A DNA stretch of 64,000 bases from a virus (Duplodnaviria > Caudoviricetes), in IMG/VR virus record IMGVR_UViG_3300029930_000001, positions 1-64,000 of that record, one strand, 5' to 3'. The notes beneath the pieces are model-generated. The model did no database searches. It saw only the letters and a program-made list of their open reading frames with translations, and was not told where the DNA came from. The translations under genes and the position numbers were made by a program. Position 1 is the stretch's first letter. The number at the start of each line of letters is the position of its first letter. This document shows positions 15,078 through 24,183 of the stretch, piece by piece.

Positions 15078-15118
15078 ATTTGCCTGTCTACAGCAGGGCT
15101 TGATGCTATATTGATCAA

Positions 15119-15214
15119 GACCCAGTGCCGGGTCGCGATGGCAGGCACTCGCCATCGTTCCAAATGATAGAGCCTAAGCCTCTGTCCAGTCCTTGAGGCT
15201 GGTTACGCTTAGGC
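15119..15214 (+). ncRNA. candidate structured RNA with kissing hairpins
   Basis: GACCC-AGTGCC-GGGTC and CGATGGC-AGGCACTC-GCCATCG with complementary loops; GCCTAAGC/GCTTAGGC helix enclosing CCAGTC/GGCTGG; extended -10 TGCTATATT just upstream. Confidence 0.55.
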
Positions 15215-15219
15215 CATTT

Positions 15220-15286
15220 GCGCTGAAGTGTTGGTACACGCTAGGCACATAGCCTAGAATCCTGGAGTTCGATTCCCAGCAGCGCC
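15220..15286 (+). tRNA. degenerate tRNA-like element, anticodon CAT
   Basis: Acceptor GCGCTG/CAGCGC, D-arm GTGT-TGGT-ACAC, anticodon stem CTAGG/CCTAG with loop CACATAG, TTCGATT loop with bulged T-stem; no CCA. Confidence 0.5.
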
Positions 15287-15300
15287 TTTTCTATTGAGCC

Positions 15301-15885
15301 ATGAGCGCTTTCGTCACATCGGATACGCATCTAGGCCACGCCAAGATGCTGACGTTTATTCACACTGACGGCACTCCCGTGCGCTCTTTTGCTTCTCTAG
15401 AAGAGATGCATGAGACTATTGTTGAGCGATGGAACAAGACGGTGCATCCTCGCGATACTGTTTACCACTTGGGAGACGTGGCCATCCCTCGCAGTGGACT
15501 GCGCGTATTAGAGCGACTCAATGGTAGGAAGATATTAGTAAGGGGCAATCACGACATATTTAAGCTGCAAGACTATGCAAAGTATTTTGAAGATATTCGT
15601 GGATGCTTTTATCGTGATGGCTTAATGTTTAGCCATGTTCCCTTGCATCGTGATTGTTTTGCAGCCGATCCGTACCATAAGCATTTAGGGAATGTTCACG
15701 GGCACATGCACAGGCATTTAGTGATGTACAACGGAAAGCCTGATCAATACTTTTTCAATGCATGTGTGGAGCAGCATGACTACTTTCCGGTAGCATTGGA
15801 AGACATAAAGGCGTATTTTGCCCATGGACGGCAGGCGCACGTTCAACACGCCGATCAGGGAGCCATGGAACGCTCCCATCCATAA
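15301..15885 (+). CDS. calcineurin-like metallophosphoesterase
   Basis: DTHLGH, LGDV, GNHD, SH.P, HGH.H motifs. Confidence 0.9.
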   Translation: MSAFVTSDTHLGHAKMLTFIHTDGTPVRSFASLEEMHETIVERWNKTVHPRDTVYHLGDVAIPRSGLRVLERLNGRKILVRGNHDIFKLQDYAKYFEDIRGCFYRDGLMFSHVPLHRDCFAADPYHKHLGNVHGHMHRHLVMYNGKPDQYFFNACVEQHDYFPVALEDIKAYFAHGRQAHVQHADQGAMERSHP

Positions 15886-16069
15886 TCTCCTTAAGGCCAT
15901 TGATAATCACATGGCCTTATATTTTGTCACGAGAGACACTTGGCATTTAGAGAAGGCTGATATGCTGCGCGGGTATTTGCATGAACTAAAATCTTGGATA
16001 CATGCAGAGGAGCGAAAGGATGTGGAGGCTATGGGCAAAGGCGCTGGGAAGCAAGGAGACGAAGTGTAA
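15824..16069 (+). CDS. hypothetical protein
   Basis: 81 aa ORF overlapping its neighbours. Confidence 0.6.
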   Translation: MDGRRTFNTPIREPWNAPIHNLLKAIDNHMALYFVTRDTWHLEKADMLRGYLHELKSWIHAEERKDVEAMGKGAGKQGDEV

Positions 16070-16229
16070 TAAAGAAGCAGACAGAATCGCCTTTGTTCGT
16101 ACCATCATCTTTGCATCGTATTTAATTACCAATGCTTTTATTGTTGCTGGCGTAGTGAGGCATTGGAATGATGAGCAACCAAAAGGTTGCGTCGAGACAA
16201 TAAAAAAGGGAGCTTTCGCTCCCCATTGA
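16020..16229 (+). CDS. small membrane protein (cyanophage-type)
   Basis: MWRLWAKALG...EADRIAFVRT + transmembrane segment + VVRHW. Confidence 0.7.
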   Translation: MWRLWAKALGSKETKCNKEADRIAFVRTIIFASYLITNAFIVAGVVRHWNDEQPKGCVETIKKGAFAPH

Positions 16230-16250
16230 TCATGCTTGCTTTGTGGCAAA

Positions 16251-16334
16251 TGCGACGAGCGGGACTTGAACCCGCACGATCTGACGATCAACAGATTTTA
16301 AGTCTGGGGCGTCTACCAATTCCGCCACCGTCGC
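16251..16334 (-). tRNA. trnL: tRNA-Leu(TAA)
   Basis: GCGACGG acceptor, GGCGGAATTGGTAGACGC D-arm, CTTAAAA anticodon loop, long variable arm, GTTCAAGTC T-loop, discriminator A; CCA not encoded, no intron. Confidence 0.92.
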
Positions 16335-16509
16335 AAGATGACAGGGGCGTCGAGAGCGGGGCTTCAATCCGCCTTTGTACGACATTTCACCATGAGTTGG
16401 CCCATGGCCCCTGTTCCCCTGTGGTCTGTAGAGACAACGCTGCCATTGTCTCGTTTTAACGCTGCGCAGCGTGCTTCGCGAAAGCCCCAAAAGCATAGCG
16501 TATACAGTG

Positions 16510-16773
16510 CTACACGTCGTATTCTCGGCAGCTTTGGTCTTCGGGATGGGCGCGGCAGTAGTCGTCAAACGTGGCCTCGGGCTGAGGGGCAATGCCAAGC
16601 TCTTCTGCTTGTTTCAAACGACGGGCATAATCTCGCAACTTGGGCAGCAAAGTGGGAATGTAGAGATGTTCAGCGGCTAAGAGCTGTAGGGCCGTTTGTC
16701 TATTGGAGCTGCCACATTCAAGCAAGGAAGTAAGAAACCACACTTCCTTCATAGATAATTTGCAATAGTTCAT
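16510..16773 (-). CDS. hypothetical protein
   Basis: 87 aa ORF downstream of terL. Confidence 0.6.
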   Translation of the reverse strand: MNYCKLSMKEVWFLTSLLECGSSNRQTALQLLAAEHLYIPTLLPKLRDYARRLKQAEELGIAPQPEATFDDYCRAHPEDQSCREYDV

Positions 16774-16817
16774 TTCATAAGAGAATTACGCCTTGAAAAT
16801 CATACTAAGAGAACACA

Positions 16818-18185
16818 CTACGAGATCAAGCTTTCAATCCAGCCAATGTCATCGTCGCGACTAGCAGCAAGAATGGCGCCTGCCATTGCAAAAGCAAAGT
16901 CGTCAATGCCAGTAGCTTTGCCGCCAGTTACGCTCCATTGCCCGCTTTGTTTGTAGACAACAGTGAGATTCTTTAATTGAAGAATGGCCTTCTCATGGTT
17001 GTAAAGATTGATTTGTCCTGCATTGAACAGTTCACGCATTTTGCTGAAAGCTTTCATTTTGGAGCTAACAGTCCAAGTGAGTTCAGTGATGGGCAAGTCT
17101 TGAGCAAGGTGCTGGATGGTGCCGGCACTATTGAACTGGTCCATCACAATCGTGTCAAACACATAAAGCTTATGTTGCTCCTTAATCCAATCTTCCACTG
17201 CATTGATATTCACTTCCATCCTTCCATTGATTTCAAAATCAGCAACAAAGGAATGGAATTTATCAACGACTAACGTGCCGCCTTCAAAATGCACAATACA
17301 AGCAGTGTAATCATCACGGCCAACTCCGCCCCGGGCAGGGTCAAGGGCCAAGACATAAGCTCCTTGGAAGCGTGGGTCTGGGGGGAGAGTTTTTCGGCGC
17401 TCATCAATACAGGCATCAATAACATCACTAGCAACGAGAGCCGAGAGGTTGGTGGAGAATTGAGCTCCATATTCAACTTTAAACTTCTCCGGATCACGCG
17501 CCCGTTCTGTGTCAAGAAACTCTTGCGAAATATTTGGGTTCATCTCCCACGTTGGGAGATTCACTGCTTGCATGAATGGGAAACGGCCAGAGCTTGCTTC
17601 TTTGAAATGCTGGTAGAAGATGCCGTCCGTCAACCATGGAGAGGATAGTTCAAGAATGCGTCCACTTCCTCCAAACTGAGCAATAGCAGGAGAAAGTGCG
17701 TCGTAGATACCTCTTCCTCCACTGTTTGCATCGCCTTCAGTGGCAAAAGCAAGTTCGTCAAACACTGCAGCCGCACAGGCAAGACCACGGGCAGCGCGAC
17801 CAGAAGTGGGAATAGCTTTAAAAACGCAGTTGTTGCTAATTTCAAGGATGTCTGCTGTTTCGCGAACAATCTCTTGAGCGAAGGGACTGTCAAGAATTAG
17901 TTGGCGAATATTATTGAGAGCAATGCGAGCCTGATCTTGACTGTTGGCGACGGTAACAATGTACCAGCGCTCCCCTTTTCTTACGCGGCTGCGGTATTGA
18001 TCTTCCAGGACAAAGCACATATAGGCGCATGCCACTGCAGCCATGAGCGTTTTGCCTGAGCGTCGGCCCAATGCCCATACGGCATGGCTCTTGCCTGGAG
18101 AGAAGAAATTGTCGAGGATTTTCGCCTGTGACGGGAAAAGCTCTAGCTTGAGAGCGTGCTTGGCGAAGTCTGAGCATTTAAGCAT
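16818..18185 (-). CDS. terL: terminase large subunit
   Basis: GRRSGKT Walker A, VFDE Walker B, LSSP coupling motif, RNase H-like ALDPA...DD and C-terminal DDFAFA. Confidence 0.92.
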   Translation of the reverse strand: MLKCSDFAKHALKLELFPSQAKILDNFFSPGKSHAVWALGRRSGKTLMAAVACAYMCFVLEDQYRSRVRKGERWYIVTVANSQDQARIALNNIRQLILDSPFAQEIVRETADILEISNNCVFKAIPTSGRAARGLACAAAVFDELAFATEGDANSGGRGIYDALSPAIAQFGGSGRILELSSPWLTDGIFYQHFKEASSGRFPFMQAVNLPTWEMNPNISQEFLDTERARDPEKFKVEYGAQFSTNLSALVASDVIDACIDERRKTLPPDPRFQGAYVLALDPARGGVGRDDYTACIVHFEGGTLVVDKFHSFVADFEINGRMEVNINAVEDWIKEQHKLYVFDTIVMDQFNSAGTIQHLAQDLPITELTWTVSSKMKAFSKMRELFNAGQINLYNHEKAILQLKNLTVVYKQSGQWSVTGGKATGIDDFAFAMAGAILAASRDDDIGWIESLIS

Positions 18186-18673
18186 GGAAGGGAGAGCAAT
18201 GGAGAGAGTGCTTCTTTAGGAACAAAATATGCTGGTCGTCCTTTAGCTGGATCCTTTTTCCATTGCTCTTGCATTGCATCTTCACTCTTTATCCAGCCAT
18301 GAATAAGAGTGAGTTTGTTTTGCATTGTAACGAGGACCAAGATTTTTCCTGGCTTCTCGTCTAATTGACAGATGAGATCGTAGTAATGGCTAGAGCGCGT
18401 CTTCACGTCAATATTGGGAGGGAGATCGTACGAGCCGCGTTTTGCCGTGGTTTCTTGATAGAGGAATTCGCGAAGGTGCAGGTAGTCAGCAACTGCTAGT
18501 TCACCTGCTGCACCGAGTTTGTGGGCGTACAGAGCTGCGCCGCCCAATTCCGGCCCACCATTGCGCCCTTTTAAGCCTTTCTTTTCATTAATGCGCTGCC
18601 TGCGTGCTGCTTCAATCCTAACAATTTCCTTATCTTCCTCGCTAAAGGCAAAAACGAGCGGCGAATAGGCCAT
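18143..18673 (-). CDS. PD-(D/E)XK-like nuclease-fold protein
   Basis: GAAGELAVA ... D ... IDVKT pattern; overlaps terL start. Confidence 0.55.
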   Translation of the reverse strand: MAYSPLVFAFSEEDKEIVRIEAARRQRINEKKGLKGRNGGPELGGAALYAHKLGAAGELAVADYLHLREFLYQETTAKRGSYDLPPNIDVKTRSSHYYDLICQLDEKPGKILVLVTMQNKLTLIHGWIKSEDAMQEQWKKDPAKGRPAYFVPKEALSPLLSLPCLNAQTSPSTLSS

Positions 18674-18748
18674 GCTGTCCATAGCAAGCAAGCCAATCTA
18701 GCCAGCTTGTAGAATGAGGGCAATACAGTATGGCCATAATTAGTTCTT

Positions 18749-20827
18749 ATGGAAAACGAAGCCGTTGATTTGGGACATGCCACTGCTGGTGGAGTGAGGG
18801 CCGATGGGTTGCAGAATGTCTTGATCGGCATGGGAACCGGCCGTGACAAGGCGCAATATACTAAAACTACGGCAACTGTTTTTCTTGCTCAAGAAGAGCT
18901 GGAGAATTTGTATGGTGAATGGCTTCCTCGTCGCATTGTTGACATTTATGCTGACCAGGCCACTCGGAAAGGATTCAAGGTATTGTTTGGCGGCGATGGA
19001 GTTAGGGCAGAGGAGGTGCAAGGCGTTGAGCAGATAATTGAGGATTTATACATCCTTGAGCATTTGAACCTGGCTGCCAAGAATGCTCGTTTATACGGCG
19101 GGGCATGCTTGCTGCTGTTTATTGACGATGGTCGCCCGGCTTATATGCCAGTGGACAAACGCAACATCCGTCGCATTGAAGAAATTGAATGCCTTGATCG
19201 CTGGCAAATTGCACCAGTGATTAATGAGGAAAATTTATACGACTATTCAAAAGCAACGTATTATCAAATCATTTCTGGTGATTTAATCAACGAGCCGCAA
19301 CTGTCCTACATCCACAAGGACAGGATCCTGCGTTTTGATGGGGATTGGCTGCCTTATCGCGTAAGGCAGCGTAACTATGGTTGGGGCATGAGCAGCTTGC
19401 AAACTGTTTATGACAGCTTCCGCCATTATTGGACGGGCTTAAATTCAGCGGCAACGCTGCTCACTGAGTTTGATATTTTTGTTCATAAAGTGAGAGGCTT
19501 AGCAGCGATGCTTGCCGCCGGCAAGGAGAGCTCCATTCGTGATCGTTTGCAAGTGAACGACATGAGCAAGAGCATTTATCGCGGCTATGCCATTGATGCG
19601 GAAAAGGAAGAGCTTGAATTTATTAGCCGCAACTTTGGAGGCATTGGAGAAATCCTTGAGAAACTGCGCGTTGATATTATTGGCGCCAGCAAGATTCCTC
19701 ACACTGTTTTATTTGGCGAGAGCCCTAGTGGCTTAGGCGCCACTGGTCGCAGCGAAGAGCGAGATTTCGCCAAGACGCTGGCCGATTATCAAAGTGTCCA
19801 TTTCAAGCGCCCCATCAAGAAGCTGATGGAGCTCATCATGCTGAGCAAGGAAGGGCCAACGAAAGGAGAGCTGCCCGAATCCTGGCGCATTGCTTTCAAC
19901 CCATTGTTTGAGCTTAATGAGCGCGAAATGGCTGACGTACGTGCGCGTGTGGCGGCTGTAGACGGCCGCTACATCCAGCTTGGCGTACTGAGTCCCAAGG
20001 AAGTGGCAGACGCTCGCTATGGCGGTTCTGAGTGGAGCATGGAACTCACTCTCGATCCCAATGTCATTCGCGAGCTTCCCACTCAAGGTGGGGGTGGTTC
20101 CACTCCAAATAAGGGTGGCTTAGCGGTGCCTCCTGGCGGTCGAGATCCTCTTGACGAGGAGAATGGCACGCTTCCCATGGACGGCAGTAGGGAAGTACAA
20201 GATGCCGCTGGCCTTTTCTTGCCGCGAGACTTAGAAGAGATGCGTGGAGACGTGGTGTTCACGGACAAGGAGCTTCATTCTCGCGCCGTTAGTGCTGCAA
20301 AAACAAAGTTCAAAGTGTGGCCATCCGCTTATGCCAGTGGTTATGTGGTGCAGCAATACAAGCAAATGTATAAGAAGAAGCACGGCTCTTTAAGCGGCGC
20401 GTTTAAGAGCGACGAACAAGAACTGCACGCAGACGATTTAGATCAATGGTTTAAGGAGAAGTGGGTGAGGATTGGTGCCAATGGTGAAATCTTGGGGCCA
20501 TGCGGGGCGCGAGAAGAGAAAGAAGGCAAGCCCAAGTGTCTTCCTCAAGCAAAAGCGCAAGCAATGAGCAAAGAGGAGCGTTCGACAATTGTTGCTCGCA
20601 AGCGTAAGGCCGACCCCGATCCCGAACGTCATGGTCCGGCGAAAATGGTTAGCAGCAAAACAGACGCCATTGAACCCATGAAAGCACAAGGCCTCATCCT
20701 TGCTGACGTTGACGAAGCTTCGTTGATTGACCAGGAAGATATTGATGCTGCATTGTCACAATGGAAAGAAGAAGCGCCAGAACGCTTTAAGGACATCTTG
20801 GAGGCTGAAGATGCAAGGCCTCAATGA
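18749..20827 (+). CDS. portal protein (DUF1073 type) with long C-terminal extension
   Basis: RADGLQN...GMGT, RRIVD..ADQATR, RLYGGA, GWG.S, IPHTVLFGESP.GL.ATG, F.PL; about 250 extra C-terminal residues. Confidence 0.9.
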   Translation: MENEAVDLGHATAGGVRADGLQNVLIGMGTGRDKAQYTKTTATVFLAQEELENLYGEWLPRRIVDIYADQATRKGFKVLFGGDGVRAEEVQGVEQIIEDLYILEHLNLAAKNARLYGGACLLLFIDDGRPAYMPVDKRNIRRIEEIECLDRWQIAPVINEENLYDYSKATYYQIISGDLINEPQLSYIHKDRILRFDGDWLPYRVRQRNYGWGMSSLQTVYDSFRHYWTGLNSAATLLTEFDIFVHKVRGLAAMLAAGKESSIRDRLQVNDMSKSIYRGYAIDAEKEELEFISRNFGGIGEILEKLRVDIIGASKIPHTVLFGESPSGLGATGRSEERDFAKTLADYQSVHFKRPIKKLMELIMLSKEGPTKGELPESWRIAFNPLFELNEREMADVRARVAAVDGRYIQLGVLSPKEVADARYGGSEWSMELTLDPNVIRELPTQGGGGSTPNKGGLAVPPGGRDPLDEENGTLPMDGSREVQDAAGLFLPRDLEEMRGDVVFTDKELHSRAVSAAKTKFKVWPSAYASGYVVQQYKQMYKKKHGSLSGAFKSDEQELHADDLDQWFKEKWVRIGANGEILGPCGAREEKEGKPKCLPQAKAQAMSKEERSTIVARKRKADPDPERHGPAKMVSSKTDAIEPMKAQGLILADVDEASLIDQEDIDAALSQWKEEAPERFKDILEAEDARPQ

Positions 20828-21491
20828 TCTCTCTCAATTCGCCGATGAAATCATTCGTCTTGACCAATCATCATGGAGCTACGATCCTATTAGTGGTCGC
20901 TATCGCGGCCCTAATGGACGTTTCCTTTCTCAATCCGCTGTGGAGGCTTTGGTGGATGGTCGAATTAATCGCCTTAGTGACGACTTACGTCGTTATACAA
21001 ACATGCTTAGTCGTGGCGATCTCACGATTGATCAGTGGCAAGGGACCATTAGACAAAGACTAAAATTGGTCCACATTCAAGCCGCAGTGATTGGCAATGG
21101 TGGAAAAGAAAGGATGGGCGCGGCGGATTGGGGCCGTATTGGCCAGAGAATTCGGGCTGAATACCGTTATCTACAGGCTTTTGCTGCTGACATTTTGGCT
21201 GGCCGCGTTTCTGCTCCCATGGCTCTTGCTCGTATCGGCTTATACGCTGAAAGTGTGCGAGGCACTTATTGGGAAGGAACTGCAATTCGCCAAGAAAAAC
21301 AAGGCTACAGCTTGATGAAGAGAGTTTTAGACAGTCAGGCCAAGCATTGCCAAGACTGTTTGGACTATGCAGCCAGGGGGATTGTGCCCATTGGAAGCTT
21401 GCCAATGCCAGGGCAGCGTTGTGCTTGTCGATCTAATTGCAAGTGCAGTGTAAAGTACATGCGCCAACAAGCTCCAACTGTTCCCGTTTAA
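20811..21491 (+). CDS. MuF-like head morphogenesis (minor capsid) protein
   Basis: C-terminal HCQDC...P.PG..C.C..NCKC; follows portal. Confidence 0.8.
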   Translation: MQGLNDLSQFADEIIRLDQSSWSYDPISGRYRGPNGRFLSQSAVEALVDGRINRLSDDLRRYTNMLSRGDLTIDQWQGTIRQRLKLVHIQAAVIGNGGKERMGAADWGRIGQRIRAEYRYLQAFAADILAGRVSAPMALARIGLYAESVRGTYWEGTAIRQEKQGYSLMKRVLDSQAKHCQDCLDYAARGIVPIGSLPMPGQRCACRSNCKCSVKYMRQQAPTVPV

Positions 21492-21528
21492 TTTGTGCCA
21501 TTAGTATTGGGCAAGCTTGTTTTGTTCA

Positions 21529-22752
21529 ATGGCGAAGATTCTTTTCTGTGCGGATGTTGGCGTTGAAACTGGCTTTGGACGAGTTTCAGAGCATCTCATT
21601 CCCATGCTGGCCAAGGATCATGAAGTGCATGCGCTTTGCGTGAATTGGCATGGCGATCCCAATCCTATGCAGCAGCATTGCAAAATGTATCCGGCCATGG
21701 CTCATGGCTCTGACCCTTTCGGCTCTCATCGCATTGCGGAGTTAGTTCGCAGAATTGAGCCCGATCTTGTTTGGGTGACAAACGATATTTGGGTGGCCAT
21801 TAATTTGTGGTCCGCCGTAAAGGAGGTAAAGGAGGAGCTTGGTTTTAAGTTTTTTGTTTATACGCCTATTGATAGTTACGGCTTGTTCCCCGATTTACTG
21901 CCAGTATTGGACGAGTGGGATGGTCTTGCCACTTACACCCAGTTTGGTGCGGAAGAAATCATAAAGATGGGCTACGAAAAGCCCGTTCAAATTATGGGAC
22001 ATGGCACTGATTTCAAGAAGTTTTTCCCGCTAGACAAGGAAGAATGTCGGCAGGACTTGGGCGTGCCTCAAGATGTTTTTGTTGTGTTTAACGGTAATCG
22101 CAATCAACCGCGAAAGCGCATTGATTTGACTATCAAGGGATTCATTCGTTTTGCGAAGGACAAACCAGATGCAAGGCTTTGGCTCAATATGGGACAAAAA
22201 GACTTGGGCTGGGATATTATTCCTCTTTTTAAGCGCGTGGCGAGGGACGAGGGCTTTGATCCAACCAGCAAACTGATCTTGACAAGCCCTCATTTTTCTA
22301 CGATGAATTGCTTGCCAATTGATCAGTTAAACAAAGTGTATAACGCTTCTGATGTGGGGATTAACACTTGCATTGGGGAAGGATGGGGTCTTGTGAATAC
22401 TGAGCATGCGGCAACTGGTGTGGCGCAAATTGTCCCGGACCATACGAGCTGCAAAGAAATTTTCGATGGTGTGCCACGCATTGCCATTGAAAGCTGGGAG
22501 GTGGACATGAACTATGGGCTAGACCGTGGTCAACCGTCCCCTGATTCACTGGCCAGCATTTTGAATGAATACTACGAAGATCGCGAAGCGCTTGCCGCAG
22601 CGGGGCAATGGTGCTACGATCGTATGCACGAAAAGCAATTTACTTGGCCATACATTGGGAAACAGGCCAAGAAAATTATTAATACCTTACTAAAAACTAA
22701 GCGTTCGCAGCGCTCCGTCAAAGGCTTTGGTGTGCCCGCTCGTATTGATTGA
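21529..22752 (+). CDS. glycosyltransferase, GT-B (GT4-like)
   Basis: TGFGRV, NRNQPRKRID, YNASDVG.NT..GEGWGL...E.AA.G. Confidence 0.88.
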   Translation: MAKILFCADVGVETGFGRVSEHLIPMLAKDHEVHALCVNWHGDPNPMQQHCKMYPAMAHGSDPFGSHRIAELVRRIEPDLVWVTNDIWVAINLWSAVKEVKEELGFKFFVYTPIDSYGLFPDLLPVLDEWDGLATYTQFGAEEIIKMGYEKPVQIMGHGTDFKKFFPLDKEECRQDLGVPQDVFVVFNGNRNQPRKRIDLTIKGFIRFAKDKPDARLWLNMGQKDLGWDIIPLFKRVARDEGFDPTSKLILTSPHFSTMNCLPIDQLNKVYNASDVGINTCIGEGWGLVNTEHAATGVAQIVPDHTSCKEIFDGVPRIAIESWEVDMNYGLDRGQPSPDSLASILNEYYEDREALAAAGQWCYDRMHEKQFTWPYIGKQAKKIINTLLKTKRSQRSVKGFGVPARID

Positions 22753-22756
22753 AGCC

Positions 22757-23473
22757 ATGCAAATTTCTCAAATTTTCCTCACCAACAACCCAAGCGAAAA
22801 GCTTAGTCCATTCCTGGAATACGCTACTGGCACTATTGATAGTATGTTCCCAGATGCGGAGCATGTTATTTATAACAACGAAACGCTTCGCTCATTTATT
22901 GCCGACAACTATGAAGAGGAGGTGTTGCGGGCTTACGATAAACTGCAGCCATTTTCTTATAAGGCGGACCTCGGTCGGTTTTGTCTACTAAACACACTTG
23001 GCGGCTGGTATTTTGACATTGGCATTCGCGCTATTAATTCCGTCGAAATTGGCCCACGCATTGAATTCCTGGCATTTCGGGACATTCAACGATTTAGCTT
23101 TACAAGCTGGGCCTGCGCCACTACTGTCCTTTATTCCAAGCCTGACAACATCGCTCTACGGACGGCTATTGAGATGATTGTCAATAATTGCGAGGAAGAA
23201 TATTACGGCATCACTCCATTGTGCCCCACTGGCCCCACATTGCTTGGAGCCGCATTGGCGGCGAATGGTGGCAATGCAAACTTTGTTTATGGAGACTATT
23301 TAGAGCTCACGCCTACGCATCAAGAAAAGAACCGGGCATTTGTACTACCAGATGGCACATTACTGGCCTGGTCAAAACCTGCGGGAGGAGGAGACTTAAC
23401 TGGGCTTGGAGCTAAGAGCGTTAACAATTACAACGAGCTTTGGGCTCAACGTAAAGTTTATGCAAAGGGATGA
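22757..23473 (+). CDS. glycosyltransferase, GT32-like (DXD)
   Basis: YKADLGRFCLL...GGWYFDI; CPTGP.LLG. Confidence 0.8.
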   Translation: MQISQIFLTNNPSEKLSPFLEYATGTIDSMFPDAEHVIYNNETLRSFIADNYEEEVLRAYDKLQPFSYKADLGRFCLLNTLGGWYFDIGIRAINSVEIGPRIEFLAFRDIQRFSFTSWACATTVLYSKPDNIALRTAIEMIVNNCEEEYYGITPLCPTGPTLLGAALAANGGNANFVYGDYLELTPTHQEKNRAFVLPDGTLLAWSKPAGGGDLTGLGAKSVNNYNELWAQRKVYAKG

Positions 23474-24179
23474 TTTAGTGCTGTATGGCGTGCGTATGGC
23501 AGACAAGCCAATGCGCTATCAGTCTTCGTTTGTATTGAAAGAAGTGGTGGCTAACGCTGCAGCCTTAAGTCCAAAAGAGCGTTTGCGCCTAGCTCAAGAA
23601 GGGTGCTTATTTGACGATGACTGTCAAGATAACATCTCCTCTCTAAATCCATGGTGGGGAGAACTGACTGCTGTACATTATTTATTGCAGACCAACCAGG
23701 CGCCTTTCATTGGAAATGCTCAGTACAGGCGATTTTGGAGCGAAAACCATCTAAGACAGGCATCTTCAAACTTCTTATATCTATGTGAGCCATGCCGGTT
23801 CGGTTGCTCATTGGCCGATCAATTCCATGGTGGCCATAGATTTGAAGGAGTGACCATGACCATGTTGACCGCCAAGGAAAGGCAGCTCCCATTTACAGCG
23901 GAAGAACTAGCAGTGGTGTGGCGGCAAAACGTATTTCAAGGCGGGCCGATGGCAGTGGGAAGCTTTGAGCATTACAAGCAATTAATGGGAATATTGTTTG
24001 ATTGCTTGTGGCCTGTATGGGAAGCATACAAGCCTGAGATAATGGCTTTACAGGGGTACGATCAAAGGGCGATTGCTTTTTTGTCTGAAAGATTTCTGTC
24101 TGGCATTGTTTTGTTTCGAGAGAAATTCATACCTAGAATCCCGTTGCGCAATATCCCGTTAGGCTTTGTCGGCCCTTAA
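23460..24179 (+). CDS. DUF4422-like glycosyltransferase-associated protein
   Basis: DNISSLNPWWGELT, IG..QYRRF, R..AFLSER. Confidence 0.7.
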   Translation: MQRDDLVLYGVRMADKPMRYQSSFVLKEVVANAAALSPKERLRLAQEGCLFDDDCQDNISSLNPWWGELTAVHYLLQTNQAPFIGNAQYRRFWSENHLRQASSNFLYLCEPCRFGCSLADQFHGGHRFEGVTMTMLTAKERQLPFTAEELAVVWRQNVFQGGPMAVGSFEHYKQLMGILFDCLWPVWEAYKPEIMALQGYDQRAIAFLSERFLSGIVLFREKFIPRIPLRNIPLGFVGP

Positions 24180-24183
24180 CCTT

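Noticed and set aside
16251-16334. Group I intron in tRNA-Leu(UAA), as in many cyanobacteria
   Set aside because: The anticodon loop is continuous and the gene is 84 nt.
18749-20100. Anti-CBASS Acb1 label sometimes given to DUF1073 proteins
   Set aside because: Size, motifs and position before MuF, protease and capsid genes indicate a portal; no 2H-phosphoesterase HxT pair recognised.
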